Positions 37,449 to 49,600 of a stretch of 64,000 nucleotides of DNA are shown here, piece by piece (positions within the stretch are counted from its first letter, which is position 1; the number at the start of each line of letters is the position of its first letter). Below the pieces are notes generated by a model that worked only from the letters and a program-made list of their open reading frames with translations, had not been told where the DNA came from and did no database searches. Source of the stretch: Camelus dromedarius (lineage: Eukaryota); assembly GCF_036321535.1 (NCBI RefSeq), contig NC_087437.1:50284001-50348000 (forward strand), in the 5' to 3' direction. The position numbers were made by a program, and so were the translations under genes.

Positions 37449-38169
37449 TATAAAAAACACATAATTTTCTGTGCTAGAGAATCCTGCAGGGCACAAATAA
37501 ATTTCAAAAAGACTATGATTACTACCTTCAAAGAAAAAAGATAAAATGTTAAATCCATGAATCAAAAACAGGATGATATATCTATACCATCATACATGAC
37601 ACATATGTAGAGCAGGAGGAATGTTTAGTGATATTACAGGGGAAATGGTTTGGGAATCTGGTTTCCTTAGACAGCAAGTAAAGAATGTCTCTTCCTAACA
37701 CATAAAGTTTGAAATGCCCCCGTGAGCTGAATGAAGTAAGAGAGGAAATGCCACAAAGGAACACAGATCACACCTAAACCTGGGCTACAAGTTCTTCCCA
37801 GTCCCAGGAGGCAGGAACTGGGAATTTACATCAGGATTGTATATTTATCTTTAAAGCAGTTTATAGTAAAGTGTATAGAGTTTTCATTCCAGAGTAGATT
37901 CAGTCAAACATAAATGCCTTTATTGTCTTTACAAAATCCCAAGATAAAAACCTCCTCAAAAGACCTATGTATAGACCTGTGTCAGGATAATTTTTTTAAG
38001 TTCTAATTTACCCAATTCTTCTGTTTTTCTCCTCTTTCAATCTCAAGCAAGAAGGAAGCTCCTTTTTAACTTTATACCTTAGGAATTTTTACAGAGCTGA
38101 AAACATGTACCTATGAAATCAGAGGCTCTTCGGCTCCTTTGAAAAGTCTAAGTCCATAAAAGACATAAC

Positions 38170-38698
38170 TGTGGGTGTCTTAGAGGGAAGAGGAGTGAGG
38201 GAAGAATTCTTAAAATCAGAAGAGAGAGAGAGCTGAGATTCTGGGAGACTGGACAGGGACAGAAGTCATGGGGTTCTGTGGAGCACCAGGGACCTGCTGC
38301 ATAGCTTAATGGCAGTGTGCCCAGGACGAGGCAAGGCCTCCGGGAAGAAGGCTTATAGAGCTCCTAAGGAGGATGGACCCTGGACACAGGATCCCCAGGC
38401 TCCCCTGAGGTTCTCCTGCCCCAGGCATGGTCCAGAAGCAGCCGAGTCCTCAAACCATGCTGGCGAGACACAGACATGTCAGCAGAAGCTGGGGTGGACC
38501 ATTGGTCAGTGACTAGAGGGGTCAGTATCTACCCAGAATCTCAGCACAGTTCTGTGGCAAGATCCAGCCAAGACAGTGAGTGAATTCTGCCTGTTCTGCA
38601 GGATGGGGGCTCAGAGTCAGATTTCAGTTGATTTAGGGAAAATAAAGAAATGTGATATTTCCTGCACAGCTGTTTGTGAACTGAAATTCATTCCCACA
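38170..38698 (+). mobile_element. Probable ancient solo LTR (family uncertain)
   Basis: GC-richer block ending AATAAAGAAATGTGATATTTCCTGCACA..GAAATTCATTCCCACA, i.e. poly(A) signal, short U5 and CA. Confidence 0.4.
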
Positions 38699-39628
38699 AT
38701 AGATAAGTATCTAGAATATATGACTACCACCACCTGACTTTCCCAGTTTTGGTGTTCAGACGGCATAAATTCAGCACACCCGGCCTTCTTACAGAATGAT
38801 GTCTTAACAAGTTTAAACGAGTAACTGGGGTGGAGAGCTTTTAAAAAATTACTTATTGGAAGCAGTTATCATCCCACTTCTGGATGGTTAGGGAATATAG
38901 TGAATTAAACTTCAAAGTATGGAAAAATTGGTAACAGGAAAAATTGGTAAATTGGAAATTTATTAACTTTGATAGTTACAATCTTACAACCTAATGGAGA
39001 GAAAAAATACCCCTGAAAAAAAATCTCATGAACAAAGCAACACAGTCACATGCTGGGTGAGGTGCCATATCATTTCATTGAACAGACTGAAAACTGAACA
39101 GTCACTTCACGTTTGTGGAGTATTTTATCATCGTTTATTAGCTGCTAAAATGTTTGTCAATCTCAAATAAAGGGCAAGGAACTGAGAAAAGAATTGAGGA
39201 CAGCTGGAATCAGGCATCAGGGAAGTGTTTCTCTACTGATTTTCATTGAAACTCACAGTCAACTTTAGTGTTTTCATGTGTCTCTTTTTGCTTTGTTGTG
39301 TTTTCATCTTCTACTCACCCCCTCCCCTCCCTCTGTCTTCTCCAGCACTAAAAGCCAGTAGACCCATGTGGTTTTGAAGTAGTGTAAAGTTTTCAGGCAA
39401 AAAGACTTGAGTTTGAGTCTCTACTTGCTTTTGGGCAGGGAAGTTAACTTCCCTTTGTCGCCATTTCATCACAGGTAAAGGGAGATGACAGTGCCCACCT
39501 CACAGAGTGAGGATGAGGGAAATGTCAGTCAAGAAACCAGCACCAGGCAGTGCAGGCACGCCATCAGTGGTGCCCATTATTCTCTCCCCTTTAGAAAAAG
39601 AATAGAAAGAGGAGTCTTTGCCTTAGAG

Positions 39629-39763
39629 CAGTGCCTCTCAAGTTTTCATATGTATATGAAACATCTGGAGATGGTGTTAAAATGCAGATTCTGTCTGGGG
39701 TGGAGCCTGAGATTCAGCATTTCCAATGTTGCTGGTCCTGGGACCACACTTTGAGTAGTAAAG
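39629..39763. mobile_element. MER5A-like DNA transposon
   Basis: CAGTGCCTCTCAAG..GTTAAAATGCAGATTCTG..GGACCACACTTTGAG. Confidence 0.72.
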
Positions 39764-41217
39764 TTTTTAGAGGTAAAAAGAACTTGGAAATGGTTAGAGG
39801 AGAAAGATGAGTGTGCAGGGAAATATACCATTTGTGGAATGCTTACTGCATGCCTAGAATTGTATACTTAAATACATTTTTTTAACCCTCAAAATAACTA
39901 TGAGAAGTAAGTTTTATTACCATTTTACAGAGCAGGAGATTGAGGATCAGGTGCACTAGCTCAGAGGAGATCTTTGTAATTCCAAAGCTCACATTCATCA
40001 TACAGCTTGAGAGGACACAAAGTCTGACAGATCAACAGAAGGAGGTAGGGACAAAAGAGTCTAAGTGGGAGAGAATGACCAAGTAGGTGTAGGCATCAGT
40101 GACCTGAACAGGGAAGAATGAAGGGGCTCAGTGAGAGATGAGAGTACAGAGGCAATAAGCCCTTCGCCCTCCCTCTTTCTCCTGTACACCTTCAAAAGCT
40201 GGAATAGCTACTGTTCAAGGTCCAACCCTTCACCTATTCTGTCAAATCGTAATCAGCCAAGCACTAGTGAACTGTCACCTTCCATGCAATGAAGAAGTGG
40301 AGCTGGGCCAACTTCACCTCTCCCAGTTATTTCTATGGTTACCAAGATAAGAAAGAAAATGCAAAGAGCAGGTCAGAAGGAGGACAATCAGGTACGGCCC
40401 TTCTGAAGGGATTTTTTTGAATCACTGAGTTTAGCAGAGAGTTCATATCTAATCTAAGTTTAATTTTGCCCTAGCAAACAAGAGCTGGAGCCAAAGGTAG
40501 AGTCCATGATTATAATGAGGTCTAACAGGTGACAGTCATATGACAAGAAAACCATGCTGCCATAAATGTCTTCCTGTGAGGCAGTAAGTATTGCAGTGCT
40601 TACGTTCCATAAACTGTGGGCTTCACTTAGGGAAGACAAAGAAATATAGTGTTAAAAATAAACTCTAACCTTCATTGTTTTCAAAACGACACACTGTTTT
40701 TAACATTAAAGTACCCTTCAGGAGGGTACCTTGAACCCAGATTTGTAATTTCTTCAAAAGTTTTCATGAAACCTACAATTGTTAAATGTTAATAATTCAT
40801 TGACTGTGTTTTATTATTACCACTCCCTCCCTTGAGAGTGTAGGAGCTGGGAGGAATTGCATTGTATGCATCCTCATCCTTGACTTCATAGATAGGATCT
40901 AGCTAATATGATCTCCCAGGGTAATCCTGATTAAAGAATTAAAATAATACCAGGAAAATGGTCAAGAGAAAGCAGAACTAGCTTTATGACAAGGGAAACC
41001 AACATATATTTAGTACGGTCTACATATGTTACTTTTATTTAACTTTCACAAATCTGTGGACTAGGTACTGATATGCCCATTTTACAAATGCTAGGACTGA
41101 GATTCAGATGAATTAATTAACTTGTTCTTGGTTATACTACCGGCAAGTGGCACAGTTAGGATTTTTTGGCTTAATTAATTTAATGGCTTAATTGCTCTTA
41201 CAGAGGATGTAAGGATT

Positions 41218-41430
41218 GTGGTAGACAGTGGTCATTGCATCCCTGTATCAGTTCTCCTCTTCCTCCTTAGCAGAATCTCCATTTTTATCTCGGCACACTG
41301 GCCCTTAGAATAAAAGACTGTATTTCCCAAACTTTCTTGCAGCTAGTTGTGGCCATGCGCCTAAATTCTAGAAAATGAGATATATTTATATATGTAGAGA
41401 AGTTACATGGTAATTTGGGAAGAATTAATA
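41218..41430 (+). mobile_element. MLT1I/J-like LTR fragment
   Basis: ATTTCCCAAACTTTCTTGCAGCTAGTTGTGGCCATG..AAATTCTAG..AATGAGAT motif. Confidence 0.6.
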
Positions 41431-42246
41431 GCTCTCTTGTGTGTGGCAGCCTGCCTCACTGGCCTCCCTACTTAGTCCCTGGTTCTTAGTTCTCAGGCCA
41501 CTTCCAAACAAGACCAGACTTCAAATGTGAACTCCATCACAATTGGCTTTATCCTTCCTGAACCTCAGCTCAATCCCTACTTCCTCCCCGCCTGGGGATG
41601 ACACTTGTCTGTTCCTCTGAGCTCCTTATGATAGAAAGTGAATCCCAGATGCCACATGAGCACCAAGGAGCCACTATTCATATCTGGCTTACACTAAAAC
41701 TGACCAGGGTTCACAGCTGGTACTTGGTGCCTGGTCGCACCTCTCTCCTGAACCTCTATGAAATTAGAACCCAGCTCTGAACTCTTACAAGCTGGCTGGG
41801 TGCCCACTGTCTCCTGGCTGCTGCCAGCCCCATTTCCAGAGCTGGCCCATGGTATGCCTCAGCACTTCACAAACCCACCTCTAGCTTTACAATCTTAGGC
41901 CCCAGAACTAGTTCTGCCTGCTCTGCCCCTTCAAGTCAGATCCCTTAGGCAATTGACACCTGCAGGAAACAAACTGAAATCTGTTGCATGCCACCCCACC
42001 ACCCTCAACAAGATGTTATCAAGCTGTGATGCCTTCTGATGAGCAAAATGCCACATGTACATCCCAGTATGTATATCTCTGGACAGTAAATTGCAAATCT
42101 GTCTCCGTTCAGAATGTTTCCTCTTTTCTTCGTATTATCGTTCCAAATGCCATTTTGTGAAGGAAGGAGGGAGTGCAAAGAGAAGAAACCCTTTTATGAA
42201 AGATAAAGATATTTAACCTCTCTAGATTTAAAATATGTATATTTTA

Positions 42247-42790
42247 CAACAACCTAAATGTCTATCAACAGATGACTGGATGAAGAAGATGTGGTGCCTA
42301 AATATTACAATGGAATATTACTCACCAGTAAAAAAATAATGAAATACTGCCATTTGCAGCAACAGGGATGGACCTAGAGACTCATACTAAGTGAAGTAAG
42401 TCAGACAGAGAAAGACAAATATTATATGATATCACTTACATGTGGAATCCAAAAAAAATGATACAAATTCTATTTATAAGCCAAAAACAGACTCACAGAC
42501 AGAAAACAAACTATGGTTACCAAAGGGGAAAGGGCAGGGAGGGATAAATTAGGGGTTAGGGATTAACACACACACATTACTATATATAAAATAGATAAAC
42601 AACAATGACCTACTGTATAGCACAGGGAACTATATTCAATTTCTTGTAATAACATATAATGGAAAAGAAATTAAAAAGAAAAAATACATATGTATGTATG
42701 TATATATATATAACTGAATCACTTTGCTATATACCTGAAACTAACATTGTAAATCAACCATACTTCAATGAAATTTTTAAAAATAATAAT
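42247..42790 (+). mobile_element. L1 3' end (older subfamily than the three young copies)
   Basis: CAACCTAAATGTCTATCAACAGATGACTGG, CCATTTGCAGCAAC, ACTGTATAGCACAGGGAACTATATTCAA and an A-rich tail. Confidence 0.88.
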
Positions 42791-44151
42791 AAGCATCTCA
42801 TAAAGAATTGTAAATACTCTATTGCTACAGAAAAATATATATATATATAAAATTGTCAGCTTTAAATTACAGAGGTATGACTAAAATCTGACCATTATTT
42901 TCTACTCACTAGTCAATAGATGTGAACATCTATTCTATATCAAGATTCTGTTTAGACGAAGAAAGCTACTAGGAGGCACAAGTTGGCAAAGAGTCTAATT
43001 TGAAAGCAATGTTTAAGTCACAGCATGCAATGCACTGTTTAAATTTGGTTTTGATCGAGCAAATAGGCATACAGGGGCTGCTTGTAAGGTAGCATTAGTC
43101 TCATTAATGTCAAAGAAGATCAAACTCCCAAATATGAGTTCCCAGAGATGGCTCATAGGGAAAACTAATCCAAGGAAGGGAGAAAAGTAGGAGAGCTTAT
43201 TGTTAATTATTTTGAACAATTTCAAAATCCTTATTGTATTTGAGTGTGGGAAAATGAATCCTTTTTCTGTCTGGGGGCCTGGAGTCAAAGGCTGACATTG
43301 CTGATCTGGAGTTTTTAAGAGAAAAAGGGATGTGGCTCCATTTTGAACATGCGTCATTTCACTCAGCACAATGTTGCTCTGAAACCCATATTCCAGGACT
43401 CCGTATAAGAAAGAAAGAGAAAAAATGAAATTGCCTAGGAAAACATGAGTTCCTCATGGGAATTAAGGTAGCTTCCTTATTAAATGTAGAACTAGCTCCA
43501 GAAGGCCAATCAATAAGGGAAAAAATAGGATCAGGATTCCTGTACTGTTGATAAAATGTGGCGCTTGTCTTCAGTGACAATCTGAAAGGAAAATCAGTCC
43601 ATGATGACCTAACATAATACATTTTTTTTAATATTAAAATTGTTATTCTGGGATGTCTTCCTGACTCTCCTGTAGATTTAGACACTACCTCTTTGTACCC
43701 ACTGCAGTTGGGACATATGTCCAATTCAGCAGGTATTGTTATATTGTCATAGCTTTAGTTTATCTGGCTCAAACTAAGATTATTAACTACTTTGAGTCAT
43801 GGACTGTTTTTTCTGTGGTTTTTCAGTGACCAGCATGGGGCCTGCCAATATGTATTGAATTAATTATTAGTTTTATGCCATGAAGTCGTAGTATAATACC
43901 AATATAAGGTCATTTCTATCAACAGAACGATTTGGAAAAACATTGGTGATGACAACTAAAACTTGTTTCCTTTGGTCCTTTCTCTAAGATAAATATAGCA
44001 GGTAGGATCGTCTGCTTATGGCTTTTAGAAGCACATTTTTTCAGGAATATGATTCATGGGAAGACAAGGCACTTTCACATAAAATTACTGTGTCAGTGTT
44101 GCAGAATTTAGTGGTAATTTAAACACTGCTTCTTTCTATTTGAAATACATA

Positions 44152-44558
44152 TGCATTAGTCAGGCTTCTCCAGAGAAACAGAACTAAATATATACAGAGA
44201 GAGAGAGACTTATTATGAGGAATTGGCCCATCTGACTATGGAGACTGGCAAGTCCAAATCTGCAGTGTGGGCCAGCAGGCAGAGACCCAGGAGAGCTGAC
44301 TGTGCAGATAAAATCCAAAGGCAGTTAGTCTGCTGGAGGAACTCCCTCTTATTTGGAGAAGGGTCAGCCTTTTTGCTCCATTCAGGCCTTCAGCTAATTG
44401 GATAAAGCCCACTCACAATTTGAAGGGCAATCTGATTACCAATTAAATTGTTAATCTCATCCAAAAACCCCTGTGCAAAAACATCCAGAATAATATTTGA
44501 CCAAATATGTGGTCATCCTATGGCCCAGTCAAGTTAGCACATACAGTTAACCATTAAA
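44152..44558 (-). mobile_element. ERVL solo LTR, MLT2B-like
   Basis: TTAGTCAGGCTTCTCCAGAGAAACAGAAC start; TATTTGACCAAATAT..GGCCCAGTCAAGTT..AACCAT end. Confidence 0.82.
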
Positions 44559-44689
44559 ACATTCATGTGGCAAGTATCTGTATAGGCCTGTTCACTATAT
44601 ATCGCTCTGCACAATGAAGGTTTGGAGTAAATCTGGATTGAGTAGATTATGGCTAGTTTTGGGTGATTGTGCATAGCATGGGCTTCTGC

Positions 44690-44920
44690 TTCACAGAGGC
44701 CTGGGTTCCAGGCCCTTCTATGCTGATCTGCTCTCTGTATGACACTGAGCAAGGTATGTAGTTTGCACATTTCAATTTTTTCATTTGTATTTTAGGAAGA
44801 ACATTAATACCTATTTCATGGAGTCATTGTGAGGATTAAAATTAAACGCATGTAAAGCCCTTAGCTAGTACTGGGCACGTAGTAAGAAGTCAATAAATGT
44901 TAGTAATTGTTATAATTATT
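44690..44920 (+). mobile_element. MIR SINE
   Basis: CCTGGGTTCCAG..TGTATGACACTGAGCAAG..TTGTGAGGATTAAA..CTGGGCACGTAGTAAG..CAATAAATGTTAG. Confidence 0.72.
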
Positions 44921-45319
44921 TCCACATGGTTTTCTCCCCAGTTGATGGTCAATTTCTCAAGACAGAATTTATTTTTAACCTGTCTCATTCACCCTCCATG
45001 CCTAATCCATCATGTGCATCTGATAAATATTTATAGGTTTAACTGGTCTCAGATTCTACGACTTTCCTTTTATGACGAGAACGCTCAATAGCAGAATTTG
45101 TGCTTGTGTTTTTTTAAAGAAACAAATGTGGCAAATAGTTCATATGTTATTGAAGTAGTGGGGGAAGCTAGACAAAATCCATGAAGCAGAAATAAGCCCT
45201 AAATAGGCTCTGGTGAAAAAAGATACATTCCTTCAAAGGAATACATAAATTTGTAAATGGAAAGGTCTGGAGCACATGTGCAACATTCTGTGGGCTTCAG
45301 TTACATAACAAAATTGATG

Positions 45320-46680
45320 TGAGTTCTATTTAAGAAACCCCAGATTGTTCTGAAGCAAATTCAAGATATAATGTCATTCATTCTATATATATTTCAATAT
45401 GCATCTTTTTTAAGGACTTCCCTTTTTAAAAAGCTACAATACTATCACTTTCTCTAAAGTTAGGAAAAATTCCTAAATACTGCTGATACCCAGTGCTCAC
45501 ATTTTCCTTATTGGAATTATAAAAATTTCTTAAAACAGTTTGTTCAAATCTAAATATAGCCCATATGTTGTTATTTATTGATACAGATTTTGAGGGCTTT
45601 CTTCTTTAATCTTTAAGTTTCTCCTTGGGTCTCTCTTTTTTTTTTAACTTTCACTTTTATTGAAGAAAAAGGTCATAGTCCTGCAGAAGTCCTCACTGCC
45701 TAGATTTTGCTGATTGAACATCCAGGGACTCATTAAACATATTCCTCTAGCCCGTGTATTTTCTATCAATTAAAATCTTGAGACTTGATTATATATTAGG
45801 TTTTTTTTTGTTTTTTTTTTGATGGAGGACAAAATCACCTCATAGATGTTTATAAACTTCCATTAGAAGGTACATGTCTGGTTGTCTCCTTGGGATGCAA
45901 GCAGCCACTATTGAGCAATACCTATGTAGTGACATTCTAATTCTATTATTTCTTGCTAATTTATTGGCTGTAATAGTATAAAAGAGAAACTTTCCTTCAT
46001 GACTATTAGGCTCTTCTGAAGTACAGGTCATAATAGGATCCTTAGCTATTGAAACTATACTTTCATTAAAATTTTAGTAATTAACTTTCATGTTTGACAT
46101 TACATTGTGAGTCAATCATTTCTCACCACTGTCAGCTTCCGGATTCTGTCAGTAGTCTCTGTACTATGCATTTATATCATAAAATAAATGCTTATTTTTG
46201 ATTATGATTGATGAAGGAACAGGGTACCTAGTTTGCAAAGATGATCAACCAAAGTCTTAATCTATACCCTTAGTATTGGTTATTTACTTTATACCAATGT
46301 CTTATTATTATGAATAAAGAGGTAATGACTGTATTCATGTATATACTTTCTTGTTTCTTCTGAATTATTTGTTTGGGATAAATTCCTCAAAGTAAAATTA
46401 ACGGAGCAAAGAACTTGATTATATTTATGTCTAATGTTCTTCGTTGCCATATTCCTTTCCAAAAGGATGGTATTAGTTTACAGTGCCATCAAGAACGAGC
46501 ACACACTTTCACTTCAACATTGACAATTGTTATAATAAGAAGCTATACTTTTTTTTGCTGTTTTATAGATATAAAAATGGTATTTTCAAGTTGTTTTCAT
46601 CTGCATTCTTTTGACTACTATCATGGATGAACATTTTTTTCCCACGTATTTGTTTATTTAACTATATTTCCTCAGGTAGA
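45320..46680 (-). mobile_element. Ancient L1M (MC/ME-type) 3' fragments
   Basis: Degenerate antisense L1 3' motifs (TATATATTTCAATATGCATC; TTTCATCTGCATTCTTTGACTACT..GATGAACATTTTTT). Confidence 0.5.
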
Positions 46681-49600
46681 AGAGAGATTTTTCTTGAACT
46701 ATTAAAAGTCCTGTCTGAACAACATAACTATATAATGGGGACAGGGAATTTCAGAATCTGATTAATTCACAGTTTTCACAGACTGGCTTACAAGAAATGG
46801 ATATAAATATTTCTGGTTTTCATTTCCTTTTTTGTAAAGTTGAGCTGATTATACTTTAACCACAGTAGAAGGCTATTCAGAAAATTCAGTGAGTTTACAT
46901 AACTTAAATTCTTATGGAAAAAGAATATATCCAATCATTATTTTAAGTATTTTTAAAAGTATGACTTTAAAATATGAATTTAGCATTACAAAAAAAAATG
47001 TTAATCCAAGATCAACCCTGAATCTTCTTACATTCAGTTATATCCTTGAACTTGGGATCAGAAATTTATACTGAAAAAACAAAACTATTCACCTTTATAT
47101 ATTCCTATTAAGAAAAAAGTGGGGTAGATATAAAATGAAAAATTTAAAAAAAACAGTTCTGAAAAAAGTCAATTTAGCAAATTTTAACTAATACATTGGG
47201 TTTCTTAAGGATGGGAGCAGAGGGTACTATTTGGGGAAGGAAGATTCCCTGAGGGTTTAAATATATGATAATATCACCTCCCTTTTTTTACCCCCATTGG
47301 AAAGCCTAGTGGATTTAACAACCAATCCTGTGACCATCCAGATACAAGTCAATGTACTGCCTGCTCCCCTGGGAAGGTGACTTTCCAAGCCAAACAGTAG
47401 CTCTGGCCTAATCCATAGAAGTAATCAAGAGGTGGAGAAGACTCTGGAGAGAGCACTTACAGAGCACTTACCTGACCTGGTGCTAGGCTAGATCTTGTGT
47501 ACCAGTCAGCGTGCTCAGTGTTAAGCAAACAAACTAACTTGAGCTGATTTAAAACTGACAAGGATTTTTGCTTATCCACTTTGAACAGTTTGCTGGCCTT
47601 AGCAGTTTTCTTAACCCAGAGACACAGTCATAGTGAGAGAATGCCCAGTTGACAATGATTTTACAGAACATTTTATATCTCCCATGGGTTTTACTTCTAG
47701 GAAATTTAATCAACTGTTTTCCCTAGTATACAATAGACTTTTCTTCTTTTAATTGGCACCTTAGTGCCCAATTAAATAGTAAGCGTGCTAATTAAAAGAG
47801 TAATAATAACATATAATTAACTTTCAAAAACTAGTGAATTTATCAAAGGATTAGGCATTAGAAAACCCTAATTTTAAACCTAGCTTGTTAATGATGCACT
47901 CTATTTCTATGCTATTTCTTCCATTTCTGAAACTAACGTAAAACTGGAAATGATGTTAAAATAATTAATAGCTAAAAGTTTAGTAATCACTCTTGTAAGT
48001 CATATTACATTCGATAAGGAGGTAAACTGGAAGAATGAGAAATAAGATTGCCCTCTGGGTTTTAAAACAAAAATCAACACTGAGATGCCCCTTAATGAAA
48101 TAAAATAGCCTGCCACCTAATTAAGAGAGTGAAGGTGAAAATGGTAGTGAGACCTGGTCTGCCACAAAAATATAGGAAAAGGAGATTCACAGTGTAAATA
48201 CTGGCAGAGCCCAGTTAATTTGTGTCTTGAAAAAAGGGAACCCAGACAGCTTCTACTTAGTATCTGGACTGCCTGGTAGGTATTTCCTTAGAGCAGAAAT
48301 GTGTGCATTGGGCTATCTTAATATGATGCCAGTAAATATAAGTCTCTCATAAATACCTCCTTTCTAAGCCTATGATCCTCAAGGTATCTTCTGATTGTTT
48401 GGCTTCTTATGGGGTTTCCATTCAGAGAATGAAAGGGAAAAAAAAAAAAGGGCCCTCCAATCCCTGAAGATTTTACTTCTCACTGTAAATTAATAAAATA
48501 CCTTTCTGATTTCATATGTCAGTCTTTTGAGAGCTTTGCTAAATTGAACATCCCCAGTCTGATCAACTTCAAAATATTCTGATGAAACATTTTCTAACCT
48601 GTGATGTCTGGAGCTGACTCTGTGGAATAGTAAATTTTCCAAGTCTTCCTCAGGTAATCCCCTCTGCATTGATGTATCAGGCAAACCTTTTCTATTCCAA
48701 ATTGTCTACACCCTTACTAGTGAGCACAGTGCACTCCAGGTGATCTGCTGAATGCAGACAGAATGGTGGATGCACAGGGATGACATCCAGAAGTTGACTT
48801 CCTTTTCTGTCTCCTTCAGGTGACACAGGCCTCCCTTGTCCCACCTCCCTTGATCTATATGGTAGCAAATAGAGCTTGTGGCACATAGTAGGTCCTCAAT
48901 AACTATATGTTGAAATGATGACTGCTCTTGTGCATGTTTCATGGTTTTTCACAAAGGATAAGGAGGAAATTCACCATTCTGGGAGTATTTTCATGACTAT
49001 GTATGACTGGACAATGTAATCTGACTGTGGCCCTAAACACAACAGAACTTCCCACAACTTGGGTGACTTTTTTTAAACAGACACTTCTCAGGTTCCCAGG
49101 GGGAAAAACAGTGCAAAGAAATGAAGATCACATGGTCATCACCAGCTGAGGGCCTGTCCAGCGTACTCGCTAGCGATTCAGCTCTCCCCATCCAGGTCCC
49201 TTCTGTCTTCCATTGGGGTCCCAGGGCATTCCCACCTCTCCTTGCTGCAGTCTCAGTGACCACAGTAGTGCCTGCTTTGACTGCTCCCTACCAATCCTGA
49301 CCTCTCTGGGTGGAATGGTGAGGAAAAGCTCCAGTTTCAGGTGTTGTTCCTACAACTCTTTGAGGTCAGATCTTGCCTACTGCCACCTTGAACCTGCAGA
49401 AAGTTGATGGTGGGGCAGGCTGCATCCCTTCCTAAATGCTGTTGTTAATTCCCAGGATTACCTACCACCAGAGAGCTGTGGGGCCACAGCCTTAGGGCCA
49501 CAGGTGTTACTCAGAGCCTAGGAGAGATACCAGGTGGGTCTCTCACCCCTGCTGCTGACGTTGCTTGGTGCTGCTGCAGGCTGGCACCTCAGCTGGTCCC

